The notes below the pieces were generated by a model. That model worked only from the letters and a program-made list of their open reading frames with translations. It ran no database searches and had not been told where the DNA came from. A stretch of 64,000 nt of DNA from Octopus sinensis (Eukaryota): the NCBI RefSeq assembly GCF_006345805.1, contig NC_043007.1, positions 38,812,001 through 38,876,000 on the forward strand, in the 5' to 3' direction. Numbering within the stretch: position 1 is the first letter of the stretch; every line of letters starts with the position of its first letter. Below are positions 37,655 through 51,115 of the stretch, in pieces. The translations under genes were made by a program, and so were the position numbers.

Positions 37655-38030
37655 AAAAAAAGATGGAACAGGTACACCCCAGAAAAGGTTTCAGAAAATG
37701 AGAAAGCAACCATACTCTGGGATATGCCAATACACACAGATAGAGTAATCAAGGCTAATAGACTGGATATAGTTATCAGAAATCACCAAGAAAAAAAAAT
37801 GTCTTCTAATCGAGGTATCACTACCAACAGATGACAATATCTTTAAAAGAAATGGAGAAACTCTCAAAATACAAAGTCTGGAAATAGAGGTAACTCGAAT
37901 GTGGAGCTCAAAAGCAGAAATAATTCCTATAATAGTAGGTGCATTAGGTATATTCAGACAAATACATAACCAAAACACCAGGACTTACAAATGAATGTAA
38001 CACACAGAAAATAGCACTACTAGGTACTGA
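37655..38030 (+). pseudogene. R4/Dong-like non-LTR element, restriction-like endonuclease remnant
   Basis: PEKVSENEKATILWDMPIHTDRVIKANRLDIVI...KYK.LEIEVTRMW...IIPIIVGALG...QKIALLGT. Confidence 0.8.
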
Positions 38031-38069
38031 AATGAAATAGAACCTATGTGTGCATGTTTCTTATAAAAG

Positions 38070-38400
38070 GGTAAAGACCCCCTTCGGTCATGAATGACCA
38101 TGGGATTGCACCTAGAAAGTTACCCTCCTAGACACAAGTCCGAGCAAGGTTGTTTATGGAAGACCAGCAGTCGCCCATGCTTACCAGCCTCCCCTCTCCA
38201 CGCCACCAGTGTTATCCAAGGGAAAGACAAAGGTCGATACAGCTTGGCACCAGTGACGTCGCAACTCATTTCTACAGCTGAGTGAACTGGAGCAACGTGA
38301 AATAAAGTGTCTTGCTCAAGAACACAACACGCAGCCCGGTCCGGGATTCGAGCTCACAACCTCACGATCGTAAGCTCGACGCTCTAACCACTGAGCCACC
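38070..38400 (-). mobile_element. SINE with family-B-like head and a different body
   Basis: Reverse-complement tRNA head at 38330-38400 plus central domain. Confidence 0.7.
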
Positions 38401-39112
38401 CTCCCCAAAAACAACACACTCTGAACAAACGATTTTATAACAAGAATGTTTCAAAACGAGTATAAAAGAACGAAATGTAACATTTCTTTTTCTTTTTGAG
38501 GCTTAGAATGAAACGGGGGCAGTGGGTATGAATGATGCTTCACAGGTCCCCTCAACACTGATAGCATTGATATGGTTGATGTTACTCTTTAACATCTGTA
38601 AATCGACATCTGCTGGATAAAAAAATAAATAATAAAAGATAGGAAAATGAATAAAGAAATAAGAAAGAGGCGAAAACATGGGCGGTAATAGGAAATTCTA
38701 GAGGGCATATGTTCTAAGGAGGAAGAATTAAGTATATTGATTAGTGCGTGGCCGGAAAGAAGGTGGGACAGACACTGTACGGGATGAAAGAAGAGATGGA
38801 TGTGTTGAGGGACCTGGTGGGCGGTTGTATGTAACATAGCGGGTTCTGAAGAGCGGCGGCGATTGTTGTAGCTTTAGCCAATAGACATAGAGGCAAACAC
38901 GCTCTAGTCACCACCATCACCATCACCACTGCTACCATTTTTTTATAAGTACCTCTCTTCATCTCTCCCTTCAATTCTATATCTTTATCCCTCTCTATCG
39001 CTTTGATATCCCGCTGTCTATATCTATCTATCTATTTATCTATCTATCTGTCCGTCCGTCCGTCTATCTGTCTGTCTGTCTATTTGTCTGTACATCTCTC
39101 GCTATTTTGCGA

Positions 39113-39425
39113 AGGCGCATGGCTTAGTGGTTAGGGATATTCGGCTTATGATCGTAAGATCCTGAGTTCGATTCCCGGCGACGCGTTGTGTCACAAGACA
39201 AGACACTTTATTACACGTTGCTCAGCTGGTAAGAATGAGTAGTGCCTGCATTTCAAAGCAAGGACCAGCCTTGTCGCATTCTGTGTCGCGCTGAATTTCC
39301 TTGAGAACTACGTTAAGGGTACGTATGTCTGTGTGGTGCTCAGTCACTTGCACGGTAATTCACGAGCAGGCTGTTCCGTTGGTCGGATCAATTGGAACCC
39401 TCGTCGCCGTGACCGACGGAGTTCC
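39113..39425 (+). mobile_element. SINE family B
   Basis: Match to 10832 and 31122. Confidence 0.8.
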
Positions 39426-39507
39426 AGTACTATCTATTTATATCCCTATCTCTTAATCTATTTCTCTTTTTATATCTATTACAACAACAACAACAACAAC
39501 AACAACA

Positions 39508-39541
<34 letters not shown>

Positions 39542-39597
39542 TTACTACTACTACAGCATAGTAATATTCTAACATGAGTTTTACAATATCTTTACAG

Positions 39598-39639
39598 TGA
39601 TTGACTGGCGTGTAGCTCCGCGGAGGATTGTGAAGTCAG
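39598..39639 (+). CDS. WFDC1: WFDC1-like exon 3 (42-nt microexon, LIDWRVAPRRIVKS)
   Basis: tctttacag / GTAAAA boundaries, phase 1-1; aligns without gaps to human VLDWLVQPKPRWLG (recalled). Confidence 0.85.
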
Positions 39640-39685
39640 GTAAAACACCATTTTTCATTTTCTTGGTAGCGTGGACAACAGCATA

Positions 39686-40196
39686 CCGTAGGTCCTTGAG
39701 TATAATCCGAATTTTTTCCCAAAATTTAAAGGTCAAAATCCCTAGTGCGTACTATATACGAGGTTAAAAATGAAAGATATTTTCTAAGCAATGCCCAAGT
39801 CTCTATTTGCTGTCCGGCAATGTTTATTCAGACGCATTTTGTGATGTCGGGCGCGAAAATACCTTAAGCTAAGCCTGAAAGCAATGAAGTCATAAAAGAA
39901 TCATCCATAACTTTCAGCAAGCAACATTTATTAAACGTTATTACTATTATTTATTTATTTTCTGCAAACAAAATCCACAAAAAAGCTACACGTATGCATT
40001 ATGTTATATATACAATAATAATAAAGGATGTTACCGTATACATTTTTACAAATCAAGGACGTTATATAGACCTCCATGACTCAAGTTAGAGAAGGGGTGC
40101 GTATTATACACATGGTTTAGGTTTATCAGAGGTACAGCCCCCTAAAAATCCCCTGCGTATTATACTCAAGGGCGGACTATACTCGAGGATTTATGG
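39686..40196. mobile_element. Tc2/pogo-like MITE
   Basis: TA|CCGTAGGTCCTTGAGTATAATCCG ... CGGACTATACTCGAGGATTTATGG|TA with subterminal repeats. Confidence 0.72.
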
Positions 40197-40329
40197 TAAT
40201 TGATGGAGACACAGGTAGACAGACAGTGTCTCTCTTTCTCACACACACACGTTGAGAATGGGTCAAGAAACAATTATGAGAATTGCATTATGATTATTAT
40301 TGCGAGCTGATAATTGATGAAAAGTAGGG

Positions 40330-40980
40330 AGGGATTGGTTTCAAAATTTAGCACAAGGCCAGCAATTTCGGCAGAGTGGGTAAGTCAATTAAGTCGCCCC
40401 TAGTGCTCAACTAGTACTTATGTTATCGATGCCGAAAAGGTGAAAGGCAAAGCAGATCTCGGCGGAATTTGAACTCAGAACGTAAAGATGGACAAAATGC
40501 CGTTAAGCATTATGGCTGGCGTGCTAACGTTTCGTCAGCTCGCCGCCTTATTTGTACAGAGATATTAAAAGTGAGTAGAAAATATAGCGATGGAAAAAGA
40601 AATAGATGTTCTCCAGTATAACCTTCTGTGGAATGAACAAGATGGGCATTATTTCAATATTCCTCAGATTGAACCTGCAACAGGATAGCCAATTACAAAC
40701 AAAAAAGGTGTTGTCAAATAACTTCTATTCTTACCAACTGATGTTAAGACCAGAACAATCAAATCCTTTCTAGTATAGGCACAAGGCCTGAAAATTTTGG
40801 GGGAGGGGACCAGTTGATTACATCGACCCTAGTGTCTCACTGTTAGTTAATTTATCGGCCCCAAAAGGATGAAAGGCAAAGTTGACCTCAGTGGCATTTG
40901 AACTCAGAACGTAAAGACAGGCAAAGTACAGCTCAAGCATTTTGCCCGACATGCTAATGATTCTGCCAGCTTGCCACCTT
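40330..40980 (-). mobile_element. Two family C SINEs
   Basis: Reverse-complement copies at 40330-40550 and 40760-40980. Confidence 0.7.
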
Positions 40981-41384
40981 CCAGAACAATCAAATCAATT
41001 ACCCATGTTAAATAAACTTTATTTTCATTTACATATTTTCTAGGTTACCTCAACAACCATTTATAGTTATTTCAAATACACTTCTCTACAATGACCAGGT
41101 TTCATTACAAAATGAAAATAGTTTCACACTTCCAATTTGAACCAAAATAACAAAGTGCTGTATTACGAGAGTGACGATGCATAAATAATGAAAGTAATGT
41201 TTCTCCGAATTAGTCACATGTGAATTATAATAAAGAAAGCTGTTTATTATTTGTCTACCAAATAAACTATGTTTTTGACCCAGCAACTCTTTTTTACAAC
41301 CAAAATAACCTCAGCAACTAGGCTAGGTCGCACAATTTTGACTGACATGGAATAAACAAAAATTTATATAAGACATTCTATTGT

Positions 41385-41420
41385 AAAAATTGCCTGGCAA
41401 CAACAGGCCATTCAGCTAGT
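41385..41420 (+). mobile_element. Helitron 3' terminus
   Basis: CCTGGCAACAACAGG hairpin followed by TTCAGCTAG|T. Confidence 0.5.
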
Positions 41421-42034
41421 ATATATATGTATATATATATATACACACACACACACATGCACACATGCCATAAGTGATGATCACGATGGTCTTGGGTAAC
41501 CTGGGGCTAAACAACAGTAAGTCCTATGGATGGCGCTTAGATGTTTACATTGCCCTGTCTCAAAGATTCAATTCATCTCAGCTATAAATAGCTGATATAA
41601 CAAGGTGTTGATACAGCTCGCTGCTGTAAGCAATGGTAGCCCTGTAAAGTTGTTGGGTGTTTCTTGTATCTGTTCTATAGGACAAATAAATCTCCTCTCT
41701 TTTGATAACATGTCAATCTTTCATGGGTACCGTTCCTCGTGAAAAGCATTGTGAGCTAAGAAGCCACTTGTCAGTTTTACACTTCTGCCATCTTGAGTAA
41801 GACATGTCTTCTTCACTGTTCACAGTGTTGCACATCGTTTTATATTTTTCTGTATCCCATATTGTAAAAGACAATTGCCCAAAGTTTAACACAGTAGGAT
41901 TGAACCCAAAATTACATGGCTGTTACGAGGTAAACTTCTTAACCACACTGCCATGGGTCTAACATCTATCAGGGCATAACAAACAACTGAATAGGCTCTC
42001 TCTCGGCTTTTTTTCCTTTGCTGTTCACAAATAG

Positions 42035-42200
42035 GTGCAGGCATGGCTGTGTGGTAAAAAATTTGCTTTCCATCTACATGATTTCAGGTTCAATCCCACT
42101 GCATGGTACCTTGGGCAAGTGTTTTCTACTATAGCTCTGGGCTGACCAAAGCTTTGTGAGTAGACCTGGAAAATCAAACTGAAAGAAGCCTGTTGTATGT
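42035..42200 (+). mobile_element. SINE family A head (diverged)
   Basis: Diverged head followed by (TATG)n. Confidence 0.7.
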
Positions 42201-42933
42201 ATGCATGTATGTATGTATGTATGTATGTATGTATGTGTGTATGTATGTGTGTATGTATGTATGTGTGTGTGTGTATGTGTGCATTTGTGTATGTATGTGT
42301 GTATGTGTGTATGTATGTATGTGAAAGACGAAAGATTTGTTTGACTGCTAAGTTAGTTAAGTATGGAAGTACAGTCACTCGACTCATCTGGAGATGATGA
42401 GAAATGAACTCATAACTCCTGAAATTAATGCAGAGTTCAAAAAATATTTTATTTTTTCACTGCTTGAATCTGGAGGAAGGGGCTGTGCTCATGACCTTTG
42501 CAAACCCTCATGCTGTTCATGTTCCCTTTAGACAGATGAAGGTCAACGTCTCCAGGGTGACATCAACAGGAAAATACTCCAGAGGCAGGGGCGATGTTCT
42601 GGACATAGTAGCGAGTGCAAGGCAGAGGAATATGAGGCTGAAGGGTAGATGCAAGAAAGATGACGAGAGATAGAAAGTTGAGTGGGTTAGAAGTGCTTGT
42701 ATGGAGAAAATACAAGAACAGTCAGCTCTGAGAGACAGAGATGATTGTAATTGTAATAAAAAATGTAGAGAGAGAAAACTGTACATCAGAACTAAAATTT
42801 TCTTAGCCATATGATTAGGATGACAACCTGCTGGTTATCTCTCACAACTGGAGGTAAGTAATTAATAAATTGCTATGTATTGACTGAAAGTTTCAGCTTA
42901 TATTAAAGATTATTTTCAAAAAATATTTTACAG

Positions 42934-42975
42934 CACCATATTGGTTGATACGAGACCCCGAAACACCAGAACAAT
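42934..42975 (+). CDS. WFDC1: WFDC1-like exon 4 (42-nt microexon, APYWLIRDPETPEQ)
   Basis: atattttacag / GTAAGT boundaries, phase 1-1; aligns to human GNGWLLDGPEEVLQ (recalled). Confidence 0.82.
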
Positions 42976-43900
42976 GTAAGTAATACTGGAAACAATGACA
43001 ATGATTATAAGCATTTATGTTAATAAGGAAGACGGAGGAGTGGTAGAGATGGTAGAACACCAGATTAAATATCTTTGAGTTTTTAGTTTCCTTCTTCTAT
43101 GCTCTAATACACACACACACTTAACGTATAAGCTCTGTGTATTTGCCGGCAGGCTGCGATATGGCATGGTGGAGACTACTCTCTCTCAAAGAGCCAGTCA
43201 AGGACTGGTGAGGTAACTCACTCCAGATCTCATTAAGGAGTGATGGACATCGATGTTTTGCCATTTTTGTGGCTTTTCAGCATCACGTACCAGAACAGGA
43301 TTGAAGATGAATCATATCGCCAGTCTGCAACTTATATGCATATAGCATGAAAACTACATGTGGGTATGCCCAAACAAAGCACCATAAGGATGAATTGAAA
43401 CATGAAGAAACAGTGCTAGTGTAATAAACGTTATCGACCATACATACTTAATGTATATGCTTTGTGTATTTGCTGGTCAGCTGCGATTTGGCATGGTGGA
43501 GTCTACTCTCTCAAAGCATCGGATGTTAAAACACCTGAAAGTCATGGACAGGTGAGATAACTCACCTCATATTGGATATGTGATGTTGATAAGCCACAAA
43601 AATGGAATGCCCAAGCTTTTAAGAATGAAGCTGCCTCACATCTTTCAGCAATGTGTTGAGCTAATGCAGATGGTAGAAACCAGTATGTTTTGAAAGATAT
43701 AATGCTCTGGTTACTCATGCATTTTCACCGTTCCAAGAATTTTTGGCTCAATATTTGATTTATTAATGGCTGCTTTCTCTAAAATTCTTTTTCTTTTTTT
43801 ATATATTTTTAATCTGTATTTCTTTCCTGTATATTTTATATAGTTATAGCAAGTCTCCAAATGATTTTCTCATTTACTCTGCTTCACTTTTGCTGTTTAG

Positions 43901-44053
43901 ATCAATCCTGTAGCACATCAAAGGTACTAGATGATGGAGACCCTCTTTTGTGTCCAGATGGATACGTATGTCACATTGTTACACCAGAGAACCACAAACA
44001 CAACATTCCAAACCGAGGCTGGTGTGTTAAAGAAAAGGATGACAGAAACCATA
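43901..44053 (+). CDS. WFDC1: WFDC1-like exon 5: WFDC1-specific Cys domain
   Basis: tgctgtttag / GTAAGT. QSCSTSKVLDDGDPLLCPDGYVCHIVTPENHKHNIPNRGWCVK matches human EACSTTEDGAEPLLCPSGYECHILSPGDVAEGIPNRGQCVK (recalled). Confidence 0.93.
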
Positions 44054-44789
44054 GTAAGTATATGGAGTTACGTGTATGAAGCACACACACACACACACAC
44101 ACAAAAGTGGGTTGTTTTGAAAGCAATGCGAAAGTAGGCATAACTGTTTTTATTACCTGGCATATGTCATTCAAATTCTACATATTGACAGACTACTCTT
44201 CCTCTATAGTAACTTTTCTTCCTGTTCCTCTTCAATGTAAGCTATCTGCCCATTGAGCAAGTTAAAGAGCTGTCTATTGCTCAGTTAGCCCGAAGTATTC
44301 TCGCTTTTCCCTTCTGTACGTTTAACTTGTCTCTACTGAGGAAGGTGTTGTTGAGCATACTGCTCAAATGGTAATGTGAAAAGGTTGTGTAAACACACAT
44401 GGATGAAGTCACCATGGTGGTGTTGGACATCACAAAAATCGAGAGAGTTTGAAGAGTACAGAAAGGAATACGAGGTGGTAATAGAAGCATGCCTTAATCA
44501 GGATAAATCAATGGATTCGCAACTCAGCATCTGGGATAGAACTTCATGCTGGTCACTGAATCAAAAATCAGAGTAAACTGTTTGGGGTTGCCAGACTCCC
44601 AAGTGGATAAGTACAAGCTTAAGAGTAGGACATTCAGTCTCTTCAACAAATGAGCTGACAGGAAGCTTTTCTAGAAAGATAAGGTAGAGGTGATGAATGA
44701 TCCATTATAATTTATCATCTTACCTCAGTTCACAGACAGAAGCATATGCCAGACATTTTTTCTTTCTGTTGAAGCGATGCATTTCGCTG

Positions 44790-45205
44790 CTCAGACAGCC
44801 CATATGTTACCAAACCCTTCTATATGTCAGACTTGGCATCCGTGCTTGTGGAGCGCTAAGAGCACCATCCAAGTGTGATCGTTACCAGCATCGCTTTACT
44901 GGCACGTGAAAAAAATAGTTGAGTGAGGTCGTTGACAGTGCCGCTAGACTGGCTCCTGTGCAGGTGACATGTAAAAAACACCATTTGAGTGTGGCCGTTG
45001 ACAGTACTGCCCGACTAGTCCCCATGCCAGTGGCACGTAAAAAGCACTCACTACACTCTTGGAATGGTTGGTGTTAGGAAAGGCATCCAGCTGTAGAAAC
45101 TCTGCCAGATCAGATTGGAGCCTGGTGCAGCCATCTGGTTTGCCAGTTCTCAGTCAAATTGTCCAACCCATGCCAGCATGGAAAGCAGACGTTAAACGAT
45201 GATTA
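44790..45205 (+). mobile_element. Repeat family D (RTE-type 3' end)
   Basis: Ends ...AGGAAAGGCATCCAGCTGTAGAAA...CCAACCCATGCCAGCATGGAAAGCAGACGTTAAACGATGAT; partial copies at 45235, 46318, 49290, 50005, 62885. Confidence 0.65.
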
Positions 45206-45789
45206 TTATTATTATTATCATTATTATTATTATTATTCATTGTTTAACGTCTGCTTTCCATGCTAGCATGGGTTGGACGATTTGACTGAGGACTGGCAAA
45301 CCAGATTTGTCTTCATACAGAAACACATGTTTACCATCTGTTTAATCACTAAACTTGAGAATTTAGAGTGCAGGAATATGGTAAGGAACAAAGAAAAATT
45401 TTTTAAATCAAACCAAAAAATAAAACACGTGAACAAAACCAAAAAATGCTTGAAATCTGTTAAATCAGTTTGGAAGTGGGACACTAAACGTACCGACTAT
45501 GCAGCTGTAATGCTGTTGTTGTTGTTGCTGTTGTTGTTGTTGCTGTTGTTGTCACTGGTCAAATTTCAGAGGAGGAAACTTGTATTTCTAATTAGAGGTT
45601 GAATATTTATTAATTTACTATTTTCATGTATGGTTTTTTTTCTTTAAATGTATGAAATGGAATGTGTGCATATATATATATATATATATGTAAGTATGTA
45701 CATTTGCATGACTGCATGTGTTTATGAATAAGTGCATTCATATTTTGTGTGTGTGTATGTGCATACACACACGTATACATTTCTATACA

Positions 45790-45845
45790 AATGCATATAC
45801 AAACATGTACATTCATATATATATGTATATATATATTATATATAT

Positions 45846-45922
<77 letters not shown>

Positions 45923-45954
45923 GTTATATATATATATACACATATATATGTATG

Positions 45955-45988
<34 letters not shown>

Positions 45989-46011
45989 CACATATATATG
46001 TATATATATAT

Positions 46012-46079
<68 letters not shown>

Positions 46080-46093
46080 CACATATATATATG

Positions 46094-46138
<45 letters not shown>

Positions 46139-46217
46139 CACACACACACATATATACATATATATATATATACATACACATATATATGTATATATATATG
46201 TATATATATATATATGT

Positions 46218-46257
<40 letters not shown>

Positions 46258-46320
46258 TATATACATATATATATATACATACACATATATATGTATGTAT
46301 ATATATATGTATATATATAG
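45790..46320. repeat. Long compound (TA)-rich microsatellite
   Basis: Read directly; source of several spurious ORFs. Confidence 0.95.
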
Positions 46321-46378
46321 TCCAACCCATGCTAGCATGGAAAGCGGACGTTAAATGATGATGAATGATATATATGTG

Positions 46379-46416
<38 letters not shown>

Positions 46417-46420
46417 TATA

Positions 46421-46452
<32 letters not shown>

Positions 46453-46635
46453 GGGAATATTACTTCCAAGTACACAGGAAAAAAACATTCAAATTAAATG
46501 TACTGAAATGAAAATCACTCACTCCTTAAATTTTTTAAATTTTATTTTTTATTCCTTAAATTTTTAAAAATTCAGTTCCTATTTTTATTTTGTATTTATT
46601 ATTTGTATTGAAACTACATACCTCGTATCTAATCA

Positions 46636-46668
46636 ATACTGACGTACTTTTATGAAACACGTGTAGTC
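46636..46668 (+). ncRNA. Hammerhead relic
   Basis: CUGACGU...GAAA-CACGUG-UA-GUC; same stem III palindrome as 29420, A9 changed, stem II lost. Confidence 0.35.
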
Positions 46669-46914
46669 TTATAAACGGAAAATACAGGATTCAGAATAGA
46701 TATAGTTAGTATAAGATTTAATTTTTAACTTTCTTTGGAGTGGTCGGGTATAAAAGCTTTCAGTGTTGATTGAGTTAAAGGTGGTTCTGTCTCTAAAATT
46801 ACTTATATATATATATATACATATCTGTATATATTACACACACACATATATATACATATACATATCTGTATATATTACACACACATATAAATATACATAT
46901 ATATATATACACAC

Positions 46915-46945
<31 letters not shown>

Positions 46946-47379
46946 TATACATATATATATATGTACATAAATGTAAGTGTATTTTTTCAATGTTTACAAA
47001 TAACATGGAAAAAATAAATAAATAAATAGTTACCAAGGTAGCAAAAATTCACACAAGTACCAAGGATGTAACAGCCTATTTACAAAAGTAGAAAGTCCAG
47101 GTTTTGGGGAAATGTTTCTGTATTACATAAATAAATAAATAAATAAATAAATGGAGTTAAATGCAGATGCTATTCAAATCTTTTTACTTCCAACATAGGT
47201 TTCGAAGAAAAGATTGGTATTATTCCAGAAGGAATAAAATGATGTAAAACAATGCAATCTTTTCATCAGATAAAGAAAAAACCAAACACATCAGTAAAAC
47301 ATTTTAGCAGAATGTGATGACTGCGTATATGATGAATGGAATGCGAGCAAGTATTTAAAAAAAAAAAACGATGTAACAG

Positions 47380-48530
47380 TACTGTTTTAGACCAGCTGCT
47401 AGTGGGAACTGTTATATGCTGATGATCTAGACCTTATAGAAGAATTTATAGAAGATTTAGAAAAGAAATTCCAGTTGTGGAAACAAAACCTAGAGTCAAG
47501 AGGCCCAAGAGAAAGCTCAACAAGGACAGACTAAGGTTTTAGCAAGTCAGAAAGTAAACAAGACTCTGACACTGACAGGGAAACAGCAGAAAAGTGGTAG
47601 GCAGAAATTCTAAGTGATGTACTCAAAGTAATTTATATGTGCATAATAGGTGTAGTGGAATCGAAGTAGACTGACATTGATTAAGGGCTTTGTTTGTAGT
47701 AGAAGCACAAGAATAGTTAGCTCTCTTGTTAAGAGTTAAGAATAGTTAAGGTGGCGAGCTGGCAGAAACGTTAGCACACTGGGCGAAACGCTTAGCAGTA
47801 TTTCGTCTGCCATTACGTTGTGAGTTCAAATTCCGCCGAGGTCGATTTTGCCTTTCATCCTTTTGGGGTCGATAAATTAAGTACCAGTTACTCACTGGGG
47901 TCAATGTTATCGACTTAATGTCCTTGTTTGTCCCCCCTATGTTTAGCCCCTTGTGGGCAATAAAGAAATAAGAATAGTTAGCTCTCAAAGAAGTAGTTGA
48001 AATGAATTCCTTGCAATGCTCAAAAGGCTCTATGGAAGTAGCTGATGGCTTCTGCTGCCTGGGCAGTCCAATAAGCAGTGGTTGAAAGTGTTCTGAAAAT
48101 ACAATTGTCACAATTAAGATAGTGTGGGTGGTAACAGGAGAGTCTCTCTCTCTCTCTCTCTCTCTTTCTCTGGGTAAAGAATAAGTTGTACAATACTTGT
48201 ATACTAACATGGTAGTGAGCTGGGGGATCTAAATGCAATGGATTGCACAGTTTGAAAAGGAATGGAATGATTATGATCTGCCGGATGTGTAATGTCAGTG
48301 TACCTGAATGGTGAGGCAGAGATGTGGTAAGAGAAAATCTATATAAAAGTGGAATCAGTTGTCGCATACAAGTGAGACAGTTTCATTAGTATGGACATGT
48401 AATGTTATGGATGATGACATGAGTGTGGAGAAGAAGTAAGAGACACATGTGGAGGTAACCAGCAGAAGAGGAAGATCAAGGAAGACTTGGTTAGAAGTGG
48501 TGAATGAAGGCTGATCTCTCAATGAATGTA
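47380..48530 (+). pseudogene. RTE-clade LINE RT and C-terminal remnant
   Basis: WELLYADDL...LEKKFQLWKQNLESRG near the start and GRSRKTWLEVV near the end; interrupted by a SINE and (CT)n. Confidence 0.7.
47749..47970 (+). mobile_element. SINE family C inserted in an RTE remnant
   Basis: Full copy flanked by the duplicated AAGAATAGTTA target. Confidence 0.8.
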
Positions 48531-49011
48531 GAAGAGCATAATATTGGTGTGAAAAAGAGGTTAATGTTATAAGAAAATGTAAGAGAAGAATGTAAGAAAG
48601 GGGAAACATAAAAGAGAAAAAAGATGGCAGTAAACATGAACGAAGCCTAATGTGAAGCAAATTCAAATATCAATCTGTTTGTGTGATTTTTGTGAAGTCA
48701 TGGCATGGTGTCCAAGTTTCATAACAGATGGTTCTTGAAGTGCCTGCATTTCAAAATATCTCTGATCTGGTGTTTAAAAACAAGTGCATCTTATGCTTGG
48801 CTTTGAGAATTTTACTTTTTCTGCTATGCATAGATCATACCTTTTCCTTCCATTTTTGTCGAAGTTAGATCTAAACCAACAAAAATGGAAGCAAAATATG
48901 AATAAATGAGCATTGTATTTTGGCTGATGTGAAAACTTTTAGTTAGCATGTTATGCTATTAATCCTGTTGAATTAATAATGATACTTCTTTTTTTTTTGT
49001 CTTTGAATCAG

Positions 49012-49126
49012 TGAAAGATTATGAACAAAGAGAACAAAAAACAAAACATATAGATCCAACCTCTTGTTATGAAGATTCCATAATTTTCTTAAATGGAGCA
49101 TCAGTACACTACAAAGGAAAATGGTG
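49012..49126 (+). CDS. WFDC1-like exon 6 (linker and start of VWC/FnI-like module)
   Basis: T-rich acceptor ...ctttgaatcag, donor GTAAGT, phase 1-2, open: MKDYEQREQKTKHIDPTSCYEDSIIFLNGASVHYKGKWC. Confidence 0.75.
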
Positions 49127-49374
49127 GTAAGTAGCATTCATACTCCTCCAGCAGCAAACTTGATTTTTTGATAGAAGGTATTATAAAAAACAAAAATCAC
49201 AAGCTATGACCTCCATCAAAAGCTGTACCCATGTGCAACATTTTAGCTTCCTAAATGCAAAACTATTGTCTACAACTTTGAACAGATACTCATCATCAAG
49301 ATTTAATGTCTATTTCCCATGTTGGCATGGCTTTGGTTCAACAGGTGAACCAAAGGACTGCGCCAAGGTTCAGA

Positions 49375-49575
49375 ACTGTTAGCATGCCGGGCGAAATGCG
49401 TAGCCATATTTCGTCTGCTGTTACGTTCTGCTGAGGTTGACTTTGCCTTTCATCCTTTGAGGGTCGATAAATTAAGTACCAGTTATGCACTGGGGTCGAT
49501 GTAATCGACTTATTCTGTTTGTCTGTCCTTGTTTGTCCCCTCTATGTTTAGCTCCTTGTGGGTAATAAAGAAACA
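49375..49575 (+). mobile_element. SINE family C
   Basis: 5'-trimmed copy. Confidence 0.75.
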
Positions 49576-50704
49576 AATATTGTCATGATTTCTACGGCTG
49601 GATGTTCTAATGTCAAATTCTTGTTTTTTTTTTAAATGCTTTTGTGATTACAAGAAGTTGGGTAAACAGTCTTCACCCTTTTGATACAAATCCACCTGAG
49701 ACTACCTCTGATTCTATGTTACAAGCTCCTTATTTTAAAGTGATCTAAATTAGCCCCCCCCCCAACTCCCTCCACTTCCATCAAAATTTCATGTTAATTT
49801 ATGTTCCAAACACTGATTAATAACAACAGAATTATTTTACTAAATTCATTATTTTCAAAATTAATTAAAACAAAAGCAATGTATTGCAACAGAAATGTGG
49901 TAACAAAAGGGGTTAAAGTCTCTCAGTAAAGACAAACACAGGCTTCACTGAACAATCCTTTCACTGGTTTAGTCAAGTACTCCAAAACTGAAGAGATTCA
50001 TCTTCATCATCATTGTTTTAATGTACACTTTTTTTTTATTCTTGTAAGGGTCAGACAGAGTTTATTGAGTCAGATTTTCTGTGGCTAGATATCCTTCCGG
50101 TTGCCAACCCTCACTTGTTTCCAAGTAATAGAATATTTCCCCATGGCCTGAGATGTTTTTGCTGAATATTGGAAATGAATGACCCTGCTTGTATGACAGT
50201 GACACTTATTTACAACTATCACATGATAGTTGGAGACACAAACTTATACACAACTCACACACACACGCACCCACACATAACATAAACACATATAAATACA
50301 CACACACATATAAATACACACACACACACATGTGACAGGCATCTTTCCCTTTCTGCCTACTAGCCAAAACCACTTACAAATCTTTGGTCAGTCCAGGGTT
50401 GGCTGTAGCAGAAAACAACTTGACCAAGATGCTGGACAGAAGAACTGAACCTGAAACCATGTGGCTGGGGAACAAACTTCTCAACCACACAGCTACATCT
50501 GTGCCTGAAATGTATAATTCATATTCCATTATCATTTAAAACATATTTTCCTCCATGACCATCTGTTTAGTTTCAAAGAAACAAACTGAATAGATTCAAC
50601 TTTTGGTAAAGAGACAAGCTTACTTTCATTCAGCAATTTAAATGTATGGCTTAGCTAGGATGAAGAAAAAAGTGCACCTGACCTTGTAAACACAGTCTGA
50701 CACA

Positions 50705-50919
50705 CTTTTACTCTTTTACTTGTTTCAGTCATTTGACTGTGGCCATGCTGGAGCATTGCACTTAGTCAAGCAAATCGACCCCAGGACTTATTCTTTGTAA
50801 GCCTTGTACTTATTCTATCGGTCTCTTTTGCTGAACCACTAGATTATGTGGACGTAAACACACCAGCATTGGTTGTGAAGCGATGTTGGGGGGACAAACA
50901 CAGACACACAAACATATAT

Positions 50920-50964
<45 letters not shown>

Positions 50965-51115
50965 TATGACGGGCTTTTTTCAGTTTCCGTCTGCCCGAGG
51001 CTATAATAGAAGACACTTGCCCAAGGTACCACGCAGTGGGACTGAACCCGGAACTATGTGGTTCATAAGCAAGCTACTTACCACGCCTATACATACCACA
51101 CAGCCACTCCTACAC
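50705..51115 (-). mobile_element. SINE family A
   Basis: Reverse-complement copy. Confidence 0.8.

Noticed and set aside
41475-41517. Open phase 1-1 exon candidate (VMITMVLGNLGLNN) with a GTAAGT donor
   Set aside because: No pyrimidine tract and no similarity to the expected WFDC1 segment, which exon 4 supplies.
43130-43560. About 60-bp direct repeat (TGTGTATTTGC...GGCATGGTGGAG) near exon 5 as extra exons
   Set aside because: An in-frame stop arises when spliced in phase 1; more likely diverged repeat fragments.
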